Assembly (NCBI GenBank): GCA_964016885.1
Contig: OZ024741.1
Span: forward strand, 358,422,001-358,486,000
DNA: 64,000 nucleotides
Reading direction: 5' to 3'
From: Eledone cirrhosa
Lineage: Eukaryota
In this document: piece after piece, positions 36,836 through 55,696 of the stretch
Layout of the letters: each line of letters begins with the position of its first letter
How positions within the stretch are numbered: the stretch's first letter is position 1
Made by a program: the position numbers and the translations under genes
Notes under the pieces: model-generated
The model's database searches: none
Seen by the model: the letters and a program-made list of their open reading frames with translations, nothing else
Told to the model about the DNA's origin: nothing

Positions 36836-39805
36836 TCTTTAATCCTCATATCCTGTTTTCAACAATTGAGTTCAATTTCATTATTATTCAACCTTCCACA
36901 CTTCCTACTTGGTTGATGCAGATGTTCCATGTTAAGTTGAAAATATAGTTGCTTATTCTTGTTAAACGTATAACATTTTCCTACACTCTTTGATAATATG
37001 AATACTTGCTTACATATCATTTGCTACCGTGTTCTATTACTCACGTGTTTGTTATACCAGGGGCGGTGGAAGCATTTCTGAATTGGGTAGGGGGAAGGGG
37101 GTTTTGGTCAATTTGGTTGTAGTGATTAGTTTAGCTATTATTATCAACCAAGATAATTCATGAGTTAGTAGATAGCACAACATACCAGTTAAGTACTAGG
37201 GTAGATGGGCCAATGCTAGAAGGAATTATTATTCTATGTACTATTTGTACTATATCTACATCAATGTTTCTACTTGAAGTTTTCTATATAGTGAAAACAA
37301 AATATTGAAATGGGAACACGTTAGACCAGCCTTGCGTATTTTTCTCGGCGTCTTTTGGTATTCTTTTGGTCATTTTTTTCTCTACTGGTTTCCGTTATGG
37401 GACTGCGGCCATGCTGGGGCATTACATTCACTGGTTTAAACTCACAAGCATCTTGGAATTTTTCCATTCATAAAGGATTCGACGTCGAGTGTTCCAGACG
37501 TTCGATCAACGGAACAGCCTATTCATGAAATTAATATGAAGTGACAGAACATTCCACATGCACATGTATTTTTAAAGCAACCCTCAGGGAGATTCAGAGT
37601 TACACTGTGTGACAAGGCCGTCCTTTGAATTGCAGGTACAGTCCATCTGATGGGCTTTCAAACAGTCTATCCAATTTTTCTCACAAGGCATGGATTGACC
37701 CGAGGTTATGGTAAATGACACTTTCTCAAAACGCTCCACAGTGGGATCGATCCCGGGATCTATTGATTGAGAAACAAACACCTTAACCATTTGGCTATAC
37801 TTCGTCCACTACAGTATTATACACGTTAAAGAAACATGTCTACTATTCTGTTACATTGCCTGACTACATCCCCATGATCTGACCGCGGGTCCGTCACCAA
37901 GGAAGGGTACTGGAAGGCAGAGTTCACATACTTTTCAATGATGTATTCTAGGGATTAGAAAATAGAGTTTTAAAAAAAAAAGGAAAAACGTCCTAAAATA
38001 CGTTCGTTGAAATATGGGCCTGGCTAGCCCAGATTTTCTAATATATTAGCGATTGTTTAGTCACAATTGGTTATAACCGCGGAGGTGTCTGATTGACCAG
38101 GGTTAGGCAGCAGTCTGTAACAAAAAATATTCCTTTTCACATCCTACTGCAAGCAGGTCATTTTAGACCACGTGAAATGTAATATGTACGTAACATATTT
38201 GAGAATAACTACTGCACAGAAGAGAAACAATAATAAGAACAACAACGACAATCCTAATAAGAACGACGACAATAACAATAACCCAGACATATCTAAAACG
38301 ATTAAGCAACACATAGAGCATATAGATAAATAAACGAGGAGTGGCGCGAAAACGTCATACAATATATAAAAACCGATTAAATATTCTGGCATTATACAGT
38401 AATACAGAACACCAGAGTTCCCACAGCTACAAGCCGATGCTAAAGCTTATAGACAGTATGCCTCCAGCCCCTCCAACTGTAAAATGGTTGTGTAGGTGTA
38501 CCCAGTCCACACTGTAAAGTGGTCGTGTAGGCGCCACCGTAAAAAGCACCCAGTACTCACTGTAAATGAGGTTGGTGTTAGGAAGGGCATCCAGCTGTAG
38601 AAATCAAGCCAGAATCAGTTCCCCATGAGCAAGACCTGACATTACCAACAACAGGACAACCCGTCTAACCCATGCTAGCGTGGAAGAATGGACGTAAAAC
38701 GGTGATGTTGATGATGGTGATGAAGATGATGATGTTCGCCAAATAAAAGGAACAACACAAATTTGGCGAATAAACTATGGCAACTCAAAGTCAAGAATAT
38801 AGACGTCTCCCTTAAATGGAAGATACTGGAAGAATCTGGACTATATTATAGTTTTCCCTAAAATATTTCCCATCGATTTTCTTAGCGTTTATTTCTCTTG
38901 AGCTGATCAACATAGCACTATAATTGATAGAGTTGTCCCACCCGCTTAGGCCGAAAAAGTCCTTTCTATACTTCTTCCACTGTTCTCCCAGTATTATTTC
39001 CCTTTTGGTCGTTCTCCTATCTCCCTTCCTTTAACTAAACAACTTCACTTGCACCGGCATATATATATATATATATATCATCATCATCATCATCATCATC
39101 TTCGTTTAACGTCCATCTTCCACGCTAGCATGGGTTAGACGGGAGTTGTCCCACTTGAGGCAAGGTTGGTCAGGTGACCGTGTCTCGCTCATATAGGACT
39201 ATCTGGCAGGTTTTCTACGGCTGGATGCCCTTCCTAACACCAACCACATTTACAGTGTGGAACTGGGAACTTTTTACCGTGTTACCTACACGGCCACATT
39301 ATAGCGTGGACTGTGTGTTTTTTTGTCGTGACACCTACACTATCTCGATCTCATTATCTCATTTGGCACTATCGGTAGAGGGTTGGACGCCATGCTTTCT
39401 AGCATAGTTACGTCCCTTTACGGTTTGAGTTCAAATCCCGCTGAGGTTAACTTTGCCTTTCATCCTTACGAGGTCGATAAAATAAAGTACTAGTAATGTA
39501 CTGGGTAATTGCTGGCCTTGTGCCTAAAGTAGAAACAATTATCTCATTTATTTGGACTGGATGTTGTGATACCAACTTTACAGAGAGAGGGTGGTGTATA
39601 TAACTTTATCCATTAACTAGTGATTTATTGCCTATTGTTTCATCTAAGTAAACCTTTCTTCAGATTGTACTCAATCTATAGCTTAAATTCCTATTACACA
39701 TCTCAAAGTTCAAAACAGTCAATGAACAAATAAATTAATTGGTTCTTAAAGTGAAGCTACAATATATTGAATGTCAAGGAAAATATATTATCTCCTTATA
39801 ATATA

Positions 39806-41206
39806 CTAGCAGTAAAGCCCGGCGTTGCTCGGGGTCGCTCAGTAGCTGTGTTAAAGTTACAATGTTAAGTTTCTTTTTTGGCTTAAAAACTGTAATGTCT
39901 ACTGTGCAGACTTGCATGTGGTGTTTTTGATTAATATTCCCTCAACCAACAATATGCCTTATAAAGTTAAGAAAACATAACGATAACCCGAATGTTATAA
40001 CAAAAGAGGATGCTGGGGATAAAAACTGCACTGGTTATTTATTAACAAAGATCGAAAATGTAAACACTGCAACGCAGAGAAAAACATTAGCGTACCCAAA
40101 TTATCAGTTATGTCTGTCTGCACGCCTATATCACCTCTCTGCACGACTGTCTGTCTGCACGCCTATATCACCCCTCTGCACGACTGTCTGTCTGCACGCC
40201 TATATCACCTCTCTGCACGACTGTCTGTCTGCACGCCTATATCACCTCTCTGCATGACTATCTGTCTGCACGCGTATATCACCTCTCTGCACGACTGTCT
40301 GTCTGCACGACTGTCTGTCTGCACGCCTAACGACGAAATATTTGCTTGTTTTACGTAGTCTTTAAATAGACTTGTTTTCAAGTAAAAATATTGTTTTAAA
40401 ATGCTTTTAAATGGAAATGAAGCGTGTTTTTGATTAATATTCCCTCAACCAACAATATGCCTTATGAAGTTAAGAAAACATAACGATAACCCGAATGTTA
40501 TAACAAAAGAGGATGCTGGGGATAGAAACTGCACTGGTTATTTATTAACAAAGATCGAAAATGTAAACACTGCAACGCAGAGAAAAACATTAGCGTAACC
40601 AAATTATCAGTTATGTCTGTCTGCACGCCTATATCACCTCTCTGCACGACTGTCTGTCTGCACGCCTATATCACCTCTCTGCACGACTGTCTGTCTGCAC
40701 GCCTATATCACCTCTCTGCACGACTGTCTGTCTGCACGCGTATATCACCTCTCTGCACGACTGTCTGTCTGCACGCCTAACGACGAAATATTTGCTTGTT
40801 TTACGTAGTCTTTAAATAGACTTGTTTTCAAGTAAAAATATTGTTTTAAAACGCTTTTAAATGGAAATGAAGCAAAACGGAAGCTTAGTGTTCGAACTGA
40901 TGAATTTTGCAGGTCAATATTTTGCTGGCTCGACAACTGTTAAAGCCAGCGTAATTTTTTACGTAAGACGCTCAATGTAAACAGAACAAAGGGAAATAAC
41001 TGATAACTTACGCTCAAAAATCGATACATTATATTCGATTTCGTCACATAGGGTGGGTCAATTTGAAATTTTTTTTTTCCGATGTCTTCGCTAGGGCTCA
41101 ATGTACAAGTATAGCAATTTCGGTGCAATTCCGTGAGAGATTCTAAGAGGAGATGTATGCCAAAAATCGATAGACAGACAGACAACCACAGTTTTATATA
41201 TATAGA
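39806..41206 (-). mobile_element. Non-autonomous Helitron with an internal ~500-bp duplication and a 37-bp minisatellite
   Basis: Minus strand begins TC (41206) and ends CTAG (39806), inserted between A and T, with 3' hairpin CCCGG-CGTTG-CTCGGG. 39920-40420 is repeated at 40423-40870. 37-bp unit CTGCACGCCTATATCACCTCTCTGCACGACTGTCTGT. Confidence 0.85.
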
Positions 41207-41895
41207 TAACCAACAATTTCTCTGTCTGTCTGTCCGACAGTGGAAACACGTGCGCGCGTGGTTGCTATCTCTCTCTCTCTCCAGCTATCCCTCTCTTTTA
41301 GTCTGTCTGTTTCTCTCACTCTCACTCTTTCTCTTTGTAACACACTAACATTCCTCCCCTCTATCGCTGTGACGAATGGGGAGATAGGGGAGGAGGAGGA
41401 CAGAGTCACTTCGTCACTTCACTTCTGCCTTTCTTTCTCTCCCCTCTCACTCCCTCATTACATACAGACATTAGGGCGGTGGATTGGCAGAATCTGTAGA
41501 GAGTCGGACACCATGCTTCATAGCATGGAGTTACATCCCTTTACGGTCTGAGTTCAAATACCGCCGAGGTTAACTTTGCCTTTCATTCTCACGGGGTCGA
41601 TAAAATAAAGTACCAGTAATGTACTGGGTAATTGCTGGCCTTGTGCCAAAAGTAGAAACAATTATTAGAAACATTGCTTCATTTTTACATATCTAAGCAT
41701 TAGTAAAATAACTAATAATTTCAAAAGTAATTTTTCAATTCCAATTGTTATGAACAGCAAAACATTAATAATAATTTTGTTCTAAGAAATATATATACAT
41801 TTCTGCGTGTGTAATATATATATATACACACAGAAATATATATACATTTCTCTGTGTGTAATACACACAGAAATATATATACATTTCTCTGTGTG

Positions 41896-41946
<51 letters not shown>

Positions 41947-42514
41947 GAAATATATATACATTTCTGTGTGTGTAATATATAGATATATATATATACACAC
42001 AGAAATATATGGGCATTTCTCTGTCTGTCTGTCTGTTTGTCTGTCTGTCCTTCCCTAAAACTCAAATGTAGGTGCTACAGAAATATTACCTTCCCCTTCC
42101 TTTCTCCACTTTGGTACTACCAAGAGAAACACTGTCGCTATAGAAACATTACCTTCCCCTCTCCACTGACTTTGGTCACTGAGGCCGAGGGAATCGCTGG
42201 TTGCTATAGAGACACCTTGCACAAGCCAGAAGTAACCAGTTCGAGGCGGTTCTGACTTGACACCATGCCAAGGACCATTAGAAGATATATTTCCATCGTT
42301 ATATCATAACGTTTATGTATCATAACGTTTATATTTCCGTCACTAATCTCTTTTTCTCTTTTTTCGTTTTAACATATATTTATTTCAAAGATTTCACCGT
42401 ATAGATAACATATATATTTATACATGCATAAAAGACACACCGAGAGACGGTGAACATGTGGTGTCGAAAACATTTCTCATCCAAATCTCAACAATATCAG
42501 TATATACACTAGAT

Positions 42515-42605
42515 TTGCTAGCAGAAAACCGCCCACCGGGTGGTTTTATGCTAGTCTATATAAGTAAAAGTTGAATCGTGTCTGTCTGTCCGTGTGTCAG
42601 TCTGA
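42515..42605 (+). mobile_element. Possible Helitron 3' end (hairpin + CTAG) abutting a Helitron-like 5' end
   Basis: ACCGCCCACCGGGTGGT-TTTATG-CTAG, then TCTATATAAGTAAAAGTTG..TGTCTGTCTGTCC. Confidence 0.4.
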
Positions 42606-42701
42606 TGGTGAGATGAATGAGTTTAAAACAAAGGAAGGGGGATGGTGAAAATTCTATGGTGAAAACAAAAATCAGAGTTTCAACTGTTGCACAAAGCTCT
42701 G

Positions 42702-42755
<54 letters not shown>

Positions 42756-43132
42756 TATGAGTGTGTAAAAGGGGGGAAGGGGGATGGTGTAAAAACTATG
42801 CTCTCTGTGAGTGTATGTGTCTCCAAAGGAGAATGAACTGGTGAGTAAATAATTATGATCATCATTGTCATCATCATATATGTGTGTTAATTACTAAAAC
42901 TCTGCGATTGCTTGTTTGCTTGCTCGTCTGTAATACAGCCAAAAGGGCGCATAATGCGAATACAAATGGAATAAAACATGTTTCGCGTAAATCGGAAGAC
43001 GGGTTCACGAGATGGGGTTTTTCCGGGTACCTTCGTAAATAGAGAGATAGAGTATAGAGAGAAAGAGATAATGGTTGTGAGAGAGTAGATTGAAAGAGAG
43101 ACATAGAGAGAAGGAGAGGAGAAAGAAAGGAG

Positions 43133-43242
<110 letters not shown>

Positions 43243-43641
43243 GCTGGTGTTGTTGTATATATATATAAAGTAATAAGAAATAAGAGACACAGATATATAC
43301 CTATTTTTTTCTTCAATGTCCCGACTGTAGAGTTTCGCTGGTCAGTATGCAACAATCTTATATCATAGAGATGTGATATTGTTGTGAGGTAAGCCAGCTT
43401 TTCAAGGGAACCCCTCAGGGAAAGAGCGCTTCCAGACACGTCCGTAGCAAGCGATAACATCTCAAAAAAGCGGACGGAGATATTATCACGTGATACACCG
43501 ATCAAGAAAGAGGACTAAATCCCTTGTAGCAGTGAAAAATATCTCAGAAGGCGGAAGGAGATATTGATATGATACCGAGACTACAGAGGGGTGGTAAGGT
43601 TGACTGAAAGTGTTTATAGTGTTTGCTTAAAAGCAATCACT

Positions 43642-43741
<100 letters not shown>

Positions 43742-43796
43742 TGTGTCTATATATATATATTAGTGTGTCTATGTATATATATATATATATATATTA

Positions 43797-43849
<53 letters not shown>

Positions 43850-44099
43850 TGTGTATATATATAAATATATATATATATATGTGTGTGTGTGTGTCTATGT
43901 GTCTATGACCAGTGTATATAGATCACTGACACCCACATATATATATATACAAACACACACACATATATATATATATACACACACACACATTTATACATAT
44001 ACATACACACACGTATATATATGGGCCTTCCAGTTTCATTCCACATTATATATATGTCTGTGTATATCCTAATTATTTAAAATTATTTTTAAGTGAACA

Positions 44100-44530
44100 T
44101 GATTTTCTTAGCTTTACTCTCTCCGTCGCTCTTCCTCTCTCTATAATAGATCATTCCCCCTCTCTATAATTTAACTGCTTTACTCCTGTCTCTCTTCACT
44201 CTCTATATAACAACACTCTTTTACTTGCCGTAGAGATGAGCGTCGTATGTAAATTCGGTTATCACGCATGTATCCGTCCACGCCTCTCTATAGTTTCTTA
44301 GCTTTACTCTCTCCGTCGCTCTTTCCTCTCACTATAATAGATCATTCCCCCTCTCTATAATTTAACTGTTTACTCTCTCTGTCGCTTTCACTCTCTAATA
44401 TTATAAAGCTGAGCGTCGTCTCTCTCTCTCTCCCTCTTTCACCTTCTCTATAATTTAACTGCTTTACTCTCTGTTTCTCTTCACTCTCTATATGACAACG
44501 ATATTTTACTTTCCGTATCTACCTTCAATA
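44100..44530. repeat. Pyrimidine-rich internally duplicated repeat
   Basis: TTTCTTAGCTTTACTCTCTCCGTCGCT..ATAATAGATCATTCCCCC repeated at ~44104 and ~44294. Confidence 0.6.
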
Positions 44531-45023
44531 TATCAATATATACCCAGGTTCTGCTGCACGTCGGGCTGAGGGGGCCAAACTCCTCAAATACCGGTCATCT
44601 CCGACAGGTTTGCGGTCGTACCCCTGGCGGTGGAGACTTCTGGTGTCCTCAGCCCCAGGGCTACCTCCTTATTCACCACCATAGGCGCTGAGCTGGCCAG
44701 CCGCAGGTGTGAGCCCCGCGAGTTGGAGTGGCTTTTCCAGTGCGTCTCCCTTGCCGTCCTCCGGGGAAACGCCTTCTCCATTCTGTCCGCCGGGGGCTGT
44801 GGGTGGGCCCCATCGCGTAATGTAGTTGTTGTATACAGATATTAACTCATCAATTCCATTATTTATATCATATATCAACATAGAGATGAGCGTCGTATGT
44901 ATGTTTATTTCAAAAGGATAACCTCCTCAAATTCGGTCAACACACAAGCAGGTAATACATATATCAAAAGGCAACCCTCTTAGAGAGACAGAGAGTGAAA
45001 GAGACAGATTAAGAAAACTACAC

Positions 45024-45223
45024 NNNNNNNNNNNNNNNNNNNNNNNNNNNNNNNNNNNNNNNNNNNNNNNNNNNNNNNNNNNNNNNNNNNNNNNNNNNNN
45101 NNNNNNNNNNNNNNNNNNNNNNNNNNNNNNNNNNNNNNNNNNNNNNNNNNNNNNNNNNNNNNNNNNNNNNNNNNNNNNNNNNNNNNNNNNNNNNNNNNNN
45201 NNNNNNNNNNNNNNNNNNNNNNN
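45024..45223. other. Assembly gap (200 N)
   Basis: Run of n. Confidence 0.99.
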
Positions 45224-46012
<789 letters not shown>

Positions 46013-49000
46013 ATTCCGACGCGAAACGAAATATGCTCAAAACGAATGCTGTAGGCATTTCAAGAAGAAATTAGAATGGATGAATAAGAAAAAACTACAA
46101 GAAAGGAAAATCGAATATTCTCAAAAATACCCAGATAACATCGACAACATCCGTATGAGTGATGTAAAACTACCGGAAGAATTTACCAATGACCACACAG
46201 TAAATATCTATGGGAACACTCTAATCAGTGAACAAGAACAACAAATCCTAAAGTTACCACCAAAATTTGCCATCTACAAAAAGATTAACCCTATGGAATG
46301 CAAAACGGAGCTGGAAAAGTGTTTCACAAAAATACGTTGGAATGCAAATGTAAACAACAACAACAATAATAACGGTAGTAGTAATATAAACAATAACTCT
46401 GGGTATAGAAATAACAGCCATAACCATAACAATGGCAGGAAAGTGAGAAATAGTGATAATGGTAATAATACTAGCGATAGACAGAACAACAACAACCACA
46501 ATAATAATAATAATAGAAACGTTAACCACAGACACAGCAACAGTGACCACAGTAGTAATAACGGTAACAATACGAACAACAACAACAACAATAACCACAG
46601 TGGTAATAATGGAAATAGTACATGTAGCAACATCAACAAAAACAAGAAACATAATAATAGTAACAACCACAATGGTAGAAATAGCAGTAACAACAACAAT
46701 AACGGTGAAGTAAACAACAATACATCTAGCAATCATAACAATAATAATATTAATGCTAAGGATAGAAACAACAACAACCACCATGATAACAATAATAGCA
46801 ACACACACAACTATGACGATAGAAATAACGACAACCCCTTAGAGAAACTATTTTTCAACCCAGCTGACTAAACATATAAGATGGGTAATATCTATCCTAC
46901 GAGGTTACCCTTTAATAAAAGAGTTTGCATACCACAGCAAATAGATGACGAGACGGAGGCACAGTTCACCATAGCTAGAAATAAGATTAGACAAGTAGTA
47001 GACAGGTACACTATGAGACAGAGCAGACCAGAGGCCCAACAACTTGGGATAAAACCTGTAGAAGGCTTGGTTAGCCTCAAGCAGCGCACAAGGGATGGTG
47101 AGGTAGTGTGTCTACCCACAGATAAGTCTGGTAGGATGTCAATAGATAGCATGCCGAACTACATCGAGGCAATGCAACCCCACATCACCAACACGAGCGA
47201 AGTTGCACAACTAACACACGATGGGAGAGAAAAAATCCTCAACGCTCACATGATGATGTGGACTGACATCCTAAAGCCAAGCAGACGCACTGCCAACAAC
47301 TTCCAGGCGTCTAACAATGGCATACCACCCTTGTATGGGCTCCGTAAAGACCACAAGACAGTCGACGACCCGACAACAGGACCACCAACAAGACCCGTAT
47401 GCGGAGCTAATATAGCTAGCAACTACAGGATCTCCTACTTCCTCTCAATGGTTATACGCCCCATAATCAAGATGTCCCCAGATGTATGTGAAAGTACAGA
47501 GGACCTCCTCAGCAGAATCAGTGAGTGCAACAAAAACAGGAGCCTATCCAACTGCATAATAGGCAGCATGGATGTGGTGTCACTGTACCCATCCATTAAC
47601 ATTGATTTTGCTGTGAAAAGATGTGTGGAGATGATCATTGAGAGTGAGGTGGAGTTCTGCGACGTCGACACAGACGAACTGGGCCTCCTACTTAGACTTA
47701 CCTACGACACTGACTACCTAGACAGCCATGACCTTAGATGTTTCTGCCCTAGTAGACCTATAAGAGGTAGACCCCCCACCATAACCTCAATGGCTAAAAA
47801 GACTCCCATAGGAAGGTGGATTGGGTGGACCAAAGCTATACGGACCCCCCAAAACACTGATCAGGTAAGAAAAATGGTCACACATGCAATAGGGGCTAGT
47901 ATCAAAACTACCCTAAAGGGCCACATATTTAAGTTCAATGAGAAAATCTACACCCAAAATGAGGGAGCAGCCATCGGCGTCAGCATAGCTGGTGATGTTG
48001 CCAACCTTTTCATGGTATGGTGGGAAAGGAGACTTAAAGATCTCCTTAATGAAAGCTCCATAGACCTCATCATGTACTCTCGTTATGTAGACGATATCAA
48101 TATAGTTATAAGAACACCCCCACTAGAGAGCACTAACAAGTTTGATTTAGAACGTAGCACGATGGAAAGCATCCAGCAGATAGCTAATTCCATACACCAG
48201 AGTATAACTGTAACTATAGACTTCCCTTCCAAACACCCTAACAATAGACTACCTGTATTAGACACAGAACTCTGGATTAACACTATAGACGAGAGAGCCC
48301 AAATTCTCCACTCACACTATGCTAAACCCATGGCCTCCAAATACCTGATACTCAAAAACTCAGCAATGTCCAGTAGTGCTAAGTTTAATATTCTGATCGC
48401 AGATTTGGTACGAGTGATGAAGAATGTGTCCAGCATGTGCGACCCAACAGAAATGGAAGGACACATCCAACACTTCATCAACCGCATGCAGTTCTCTGGC
48501 TACAACCAAAGAGACAGTCAGAGTATACGAAGGAGCCATGGAAAAGTATAAGACCCTCATAGAACTGGACATGAAAGGAATTTGCCCACTATACAGGAGC
48601 AAATCATGGAATAGCTTAGATAGGGCTAGACATAAGATAGGGAAGGCCACATCATGGTATGACAACCAGAGATATCAGAGTGTCATGTTTGTGGACGCCA
48701 CCCCTGGAGGGAAATTAGCTAACCAGTGTAGAAAGGCCCTGAGAAAGACCCACTTAAAAATAAAGGTGGTAGAAAAGCCAGGAACCACCATAAAATCCCT
48801 GATCAGCAAAACCTACCCTTTTAAGAAAACCCACTGTACCAATAGGAAATGTATCATATGTAAGGTGAACCCCCGGATAAACTGTAAAACTAGAAACGTA
48901 GTCTATAGCATAAGATGTACAGAGGGTACTTGCAGAAACACGACAACAACATACATAGGTGAGACAGCTCGTAGCATAGGTGAAAGGATAGACCAACACT

Positions 49001-49822
49001 GGGGGGAACTAAAAGGACGAAAAAACGGGTCAGTACTATACGAACATGCTAGACAACAACATGACGGTAACATAGACAACATAGAAATTAGAATAATATC
49101 TAAACATAGGAATGACCCAGCAGATAGGCAAATCAGAGAGGCCAGTGAAATAGAAATTAGAAGACCAAAGCTAAACAGAAAGAATGAGTGGAACAACACC
49201 CAAACAAACAACACTGACCTAAGAGAAGTATAAATAAATAAGTAAATTAAATAAAATAAATAAAATAAGATAAATAAATACATACACAAGCACATAAACA
49301 CACACTAGTCACCCAGCAGACACAACACTATACACACTAGTCACACATCACACATAACACTATACACACACGCAAACGCATGCGCAAAGAAGACAAAATA
49401 AAATAAGATAAACAAACAAGCAAATAAATAAATAAATATATAGACAGACTGAACAAAAAAAAATGGCGTAGACATACAACACAACAGGAGGAACAATGAA
49501 TATAACACCACTGACGATGTTGCAGATGTGCAACGAAAGATTTATGTAAATTATGTAAACTATATATATATGTGTTTGTCTATATTGTATCTGTATTATT
49601 TTTGACCGCCGGTCAGTCAATGGCAACATTGAGGACCGAGTAAGTTAGATCGCAGATATATATATATAAAAGACAGCGAGAAGCGAAAACCAACCAAACA
49701 GTGAGTGTGTTCTGTTATTAATTCTGGCAATATTACGCAAATATGACCCTCCCCAAATATAACAATATCTGTTTCGACACACGATTTCATATAAAAAACC
49801 TCGCAAAACTAATTCATCGCCG
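46013..49822 (+). mobile_element. Penelope-like element (RT + Cys-rich linker + GIY-YIG) with 3' terminal repeat, between (TA)n arrays
   Basis: [63 protein letters not shown]; C..C..C..NCKTRNVVYSIRC..YIGETAR..ER..QH..RQIREA..LN. In-frame TAA at 46869-46871 and a frameshift at ~48510. Confidence 0.92.
49505..49547 (+). ncRNA. Minimal hammerhead motif in the PLE 3' repeat
   Basis: CA-CTGACGA-T-GTTGCA-GATG-TGCAAC-GAAA-GATT-TA-TG. Good stem II, weak stem I; same layout as 11800-11842. Confidence 0.6.
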
Positions 49823-53340
<3,518 letters not shown>

Positions 53341-55555
53341 GTTTCCTCGTCGCACACGCATCTGGGACAGATCTTTTTGGCGGGGTCCCTACCCGGGCGC
53401 CCGTGTCTGTAGAGCCTTTCTCGAACGGGTAAAGCCCCTCGGTAACACTGCCAGGCCAGGGACTTCTGGAAGTTGTCCATAGGTCCCGGGCTGAATGTCC
53501 TACCGAACAGGCTGGCCAGTTCGTCCTCCTCCATGTCTAGGGCTTCTCCGAGGGCGTCGTCGCACCTGCTGCGTACCAGCCCTCTATAGAATGTTGCGGT
53601 GGAGTCTCCACTGATAACCGGATCCGCCTGCCAGAGGGCGGTGAGCGCCTGGGCACACTCAGTGTGCCAGGCGCCCAGTTTTCTCGGTCTTTGCTTGACC
53701 CAGGATTGCAGCTCGGTGAGAGAGACGAGTCTGGGAAAGGTTCGTCTCACAAACGAGGCCCACACCGGTTGTCCGGTGAGGAATACGTAGAGGTGCCGTA
53801 GCCTTAATGCGTGTTTACGCATCATTAGCCACGGCATCCCCAGCCCTCCTTTCGAAGGGTGTTGACAGCAGATGGTTCTCCTCACCATAGGAGCCCGCCT
53901 CTTCCAAAGGAATTGGAAGAGCGCGCGCTCCATCTTGGTGAGGGTTTCCCTTGGGCAGGGCACTACGGTCAGGCGGTAGTAGATGACGGACGCTATATAA
54001 GTGTTCGCCACCTCCGCCCGACCTTTCAGGGATAGTTTGCAACTGGCCCACTTCTGGGTCAGTGCAAACACCCTGTTCGTAACCTCCGCCCAGTTTTTCT
54101 CCACCTGGAGGTCCGGTCCGAACCAGACCCCGAGCAACTTCACCGGGCCCTCCGTCCAGCGTCCGACGACGCCATCGGAGGGCATCGGTCTGCCCCTCCA
54201 CGTGCCGAGTTGCAAACCGATCGACTTGTCCCGGTTCAGCTTAGCCCCTGTGAACTTTTCGTACTCCTCCAGTAAGGTGCCGACCGCCTCGATTTCGGAG
54301 GCCGTCGACACCATTACTGTCACGTCATCGGCGTAGGCCGACACCGCTTTCCGCAATCCCGGTTCCAAAGGGATGCCCTGCAACAACTCCAACTTCCGCA
54401 GTAGTGGCTCGAGAGTCAACACATACAGAAGGGAGGAGAGAGGGCACCCTTGTCGGATGGACCGCGCGATTTTGAACGGCTCCGAGAGGTAGCCGTTCAC
54501 CTTGACCCTAGAGCAGATGCGGCTGCTGTGAATAGCAGTGATCCAGCCCCTGAAAACGGGTCCGAAGCCTGCCGCCGCTAGCACCGCATCCAGGTAACCA
54601 TGGTCGACCCTATCGAACGCCTTAGATTGATCCAAGTTGATCAGAGCCCCACCAAAGCCGGGTTCGTTCCCAACCCTCTCTATGATGTATCGCATGAGGT
54701 GGAGGTTGTCATGGATGGACCTGGACGGGATAGCGCATGTCTGCGCATCTCCCACCAGGTTGCCCACGACAAGCGCCAACCTCTTTGCTAGCACCTTGGC
54801 CAAAATCTGTAACTCTGTATTTAGCAGTGTTATGGGCCTGAAGTTACTTATTTCGTCCCCCTTGTTCTCGTCCTTCCTCACTAGCGTGACTACGCCCTTG
54901 GTCACAGTACAGGGAATTCTCCCGTTCTGTTGCCAGTTGCAGTAGACCGCCTCGAGGAGATCGGGGAACAAGTCCGGCATAGCTAGATATAATTCGTAAG
55001 GAAGACCATCGAGACCCGGGGATTTGCGTTTGCCGCATTGGCTCAGCACGTCCTCTATCTCAGTGGCCGAAATCGGCTCCTCGCAGGACTTCGCCTCCCT
55101 GTCCGAGAGGCGCGGCAGGCCGTCGAGGTATGGACCGAAGTCCACGTTCCCAACCGGCTCCCCGCCCCTCCCGAACAGTCGGGCAAAGTGCCTTTGAAAG
55201 GCCTCACACATCTGCTTAGGCTCAAGAATCGCCCGTCCATCCAGGTCTCGCAAAGACCGGATGGTGGATTTAGCTCCACTGTTGGCCTCTGTCACGCGGG
55301 CCCAGCTAACAGCTTTGGTCCCCTCGTTCCCTAGAGCACGTATTTTACTTCGGACAACGCAGCCTTCGTGCTTCGCGTCGAAAAACTGGCTCAAAGCCGT
55401 TCTCGACGCTAACACTCTGGCCACGTCGCCGCTTCTAATTGCCTCTTCTACTCTATCTATTAGCTCCCTTTCCTTCCTATTCCTATCCGCAGCTAGAACC
55501 TTACTAAATTCTATCGAGACTACTCTAATCTCTCTCTTTAGAGATACCCACCACC
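53341..55555 (-). mobile_element. Tx1 copy 4, internal ORF2 fragment (RT to zinc domain) clipped at both ends by (TA)n
   Basis: RWWVSLKREIR...YADD...[10 protein letters not shown], closely similar to copy 1; no 3' UTR. Confidence 0.92.
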
Positions 55556-55696
55556 TATATATATATGTAGAAATATACACAGTAAATTCCGTGTCTAAAA
55601 TTACGAGGGTAGAGAATGTCACAATGTTTTATATATTTAACCTGAAGCATGCAGTAGGATATAAAATTATATACAGACCGTATCAATAACCATTTC

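Noticed and set aside
40110-40780. 37-bp repeats resembling a CRISPR array
   Set aside because: No unique spacers, no cas genes, eukaryotic context; it is a minisatellite inside a Helitron.
42965-43045. Minus-strand TTTACGA...GCGAAACATGTT resembling a hammerhead
   Set aside because: Core and stem I too degenerate to support.
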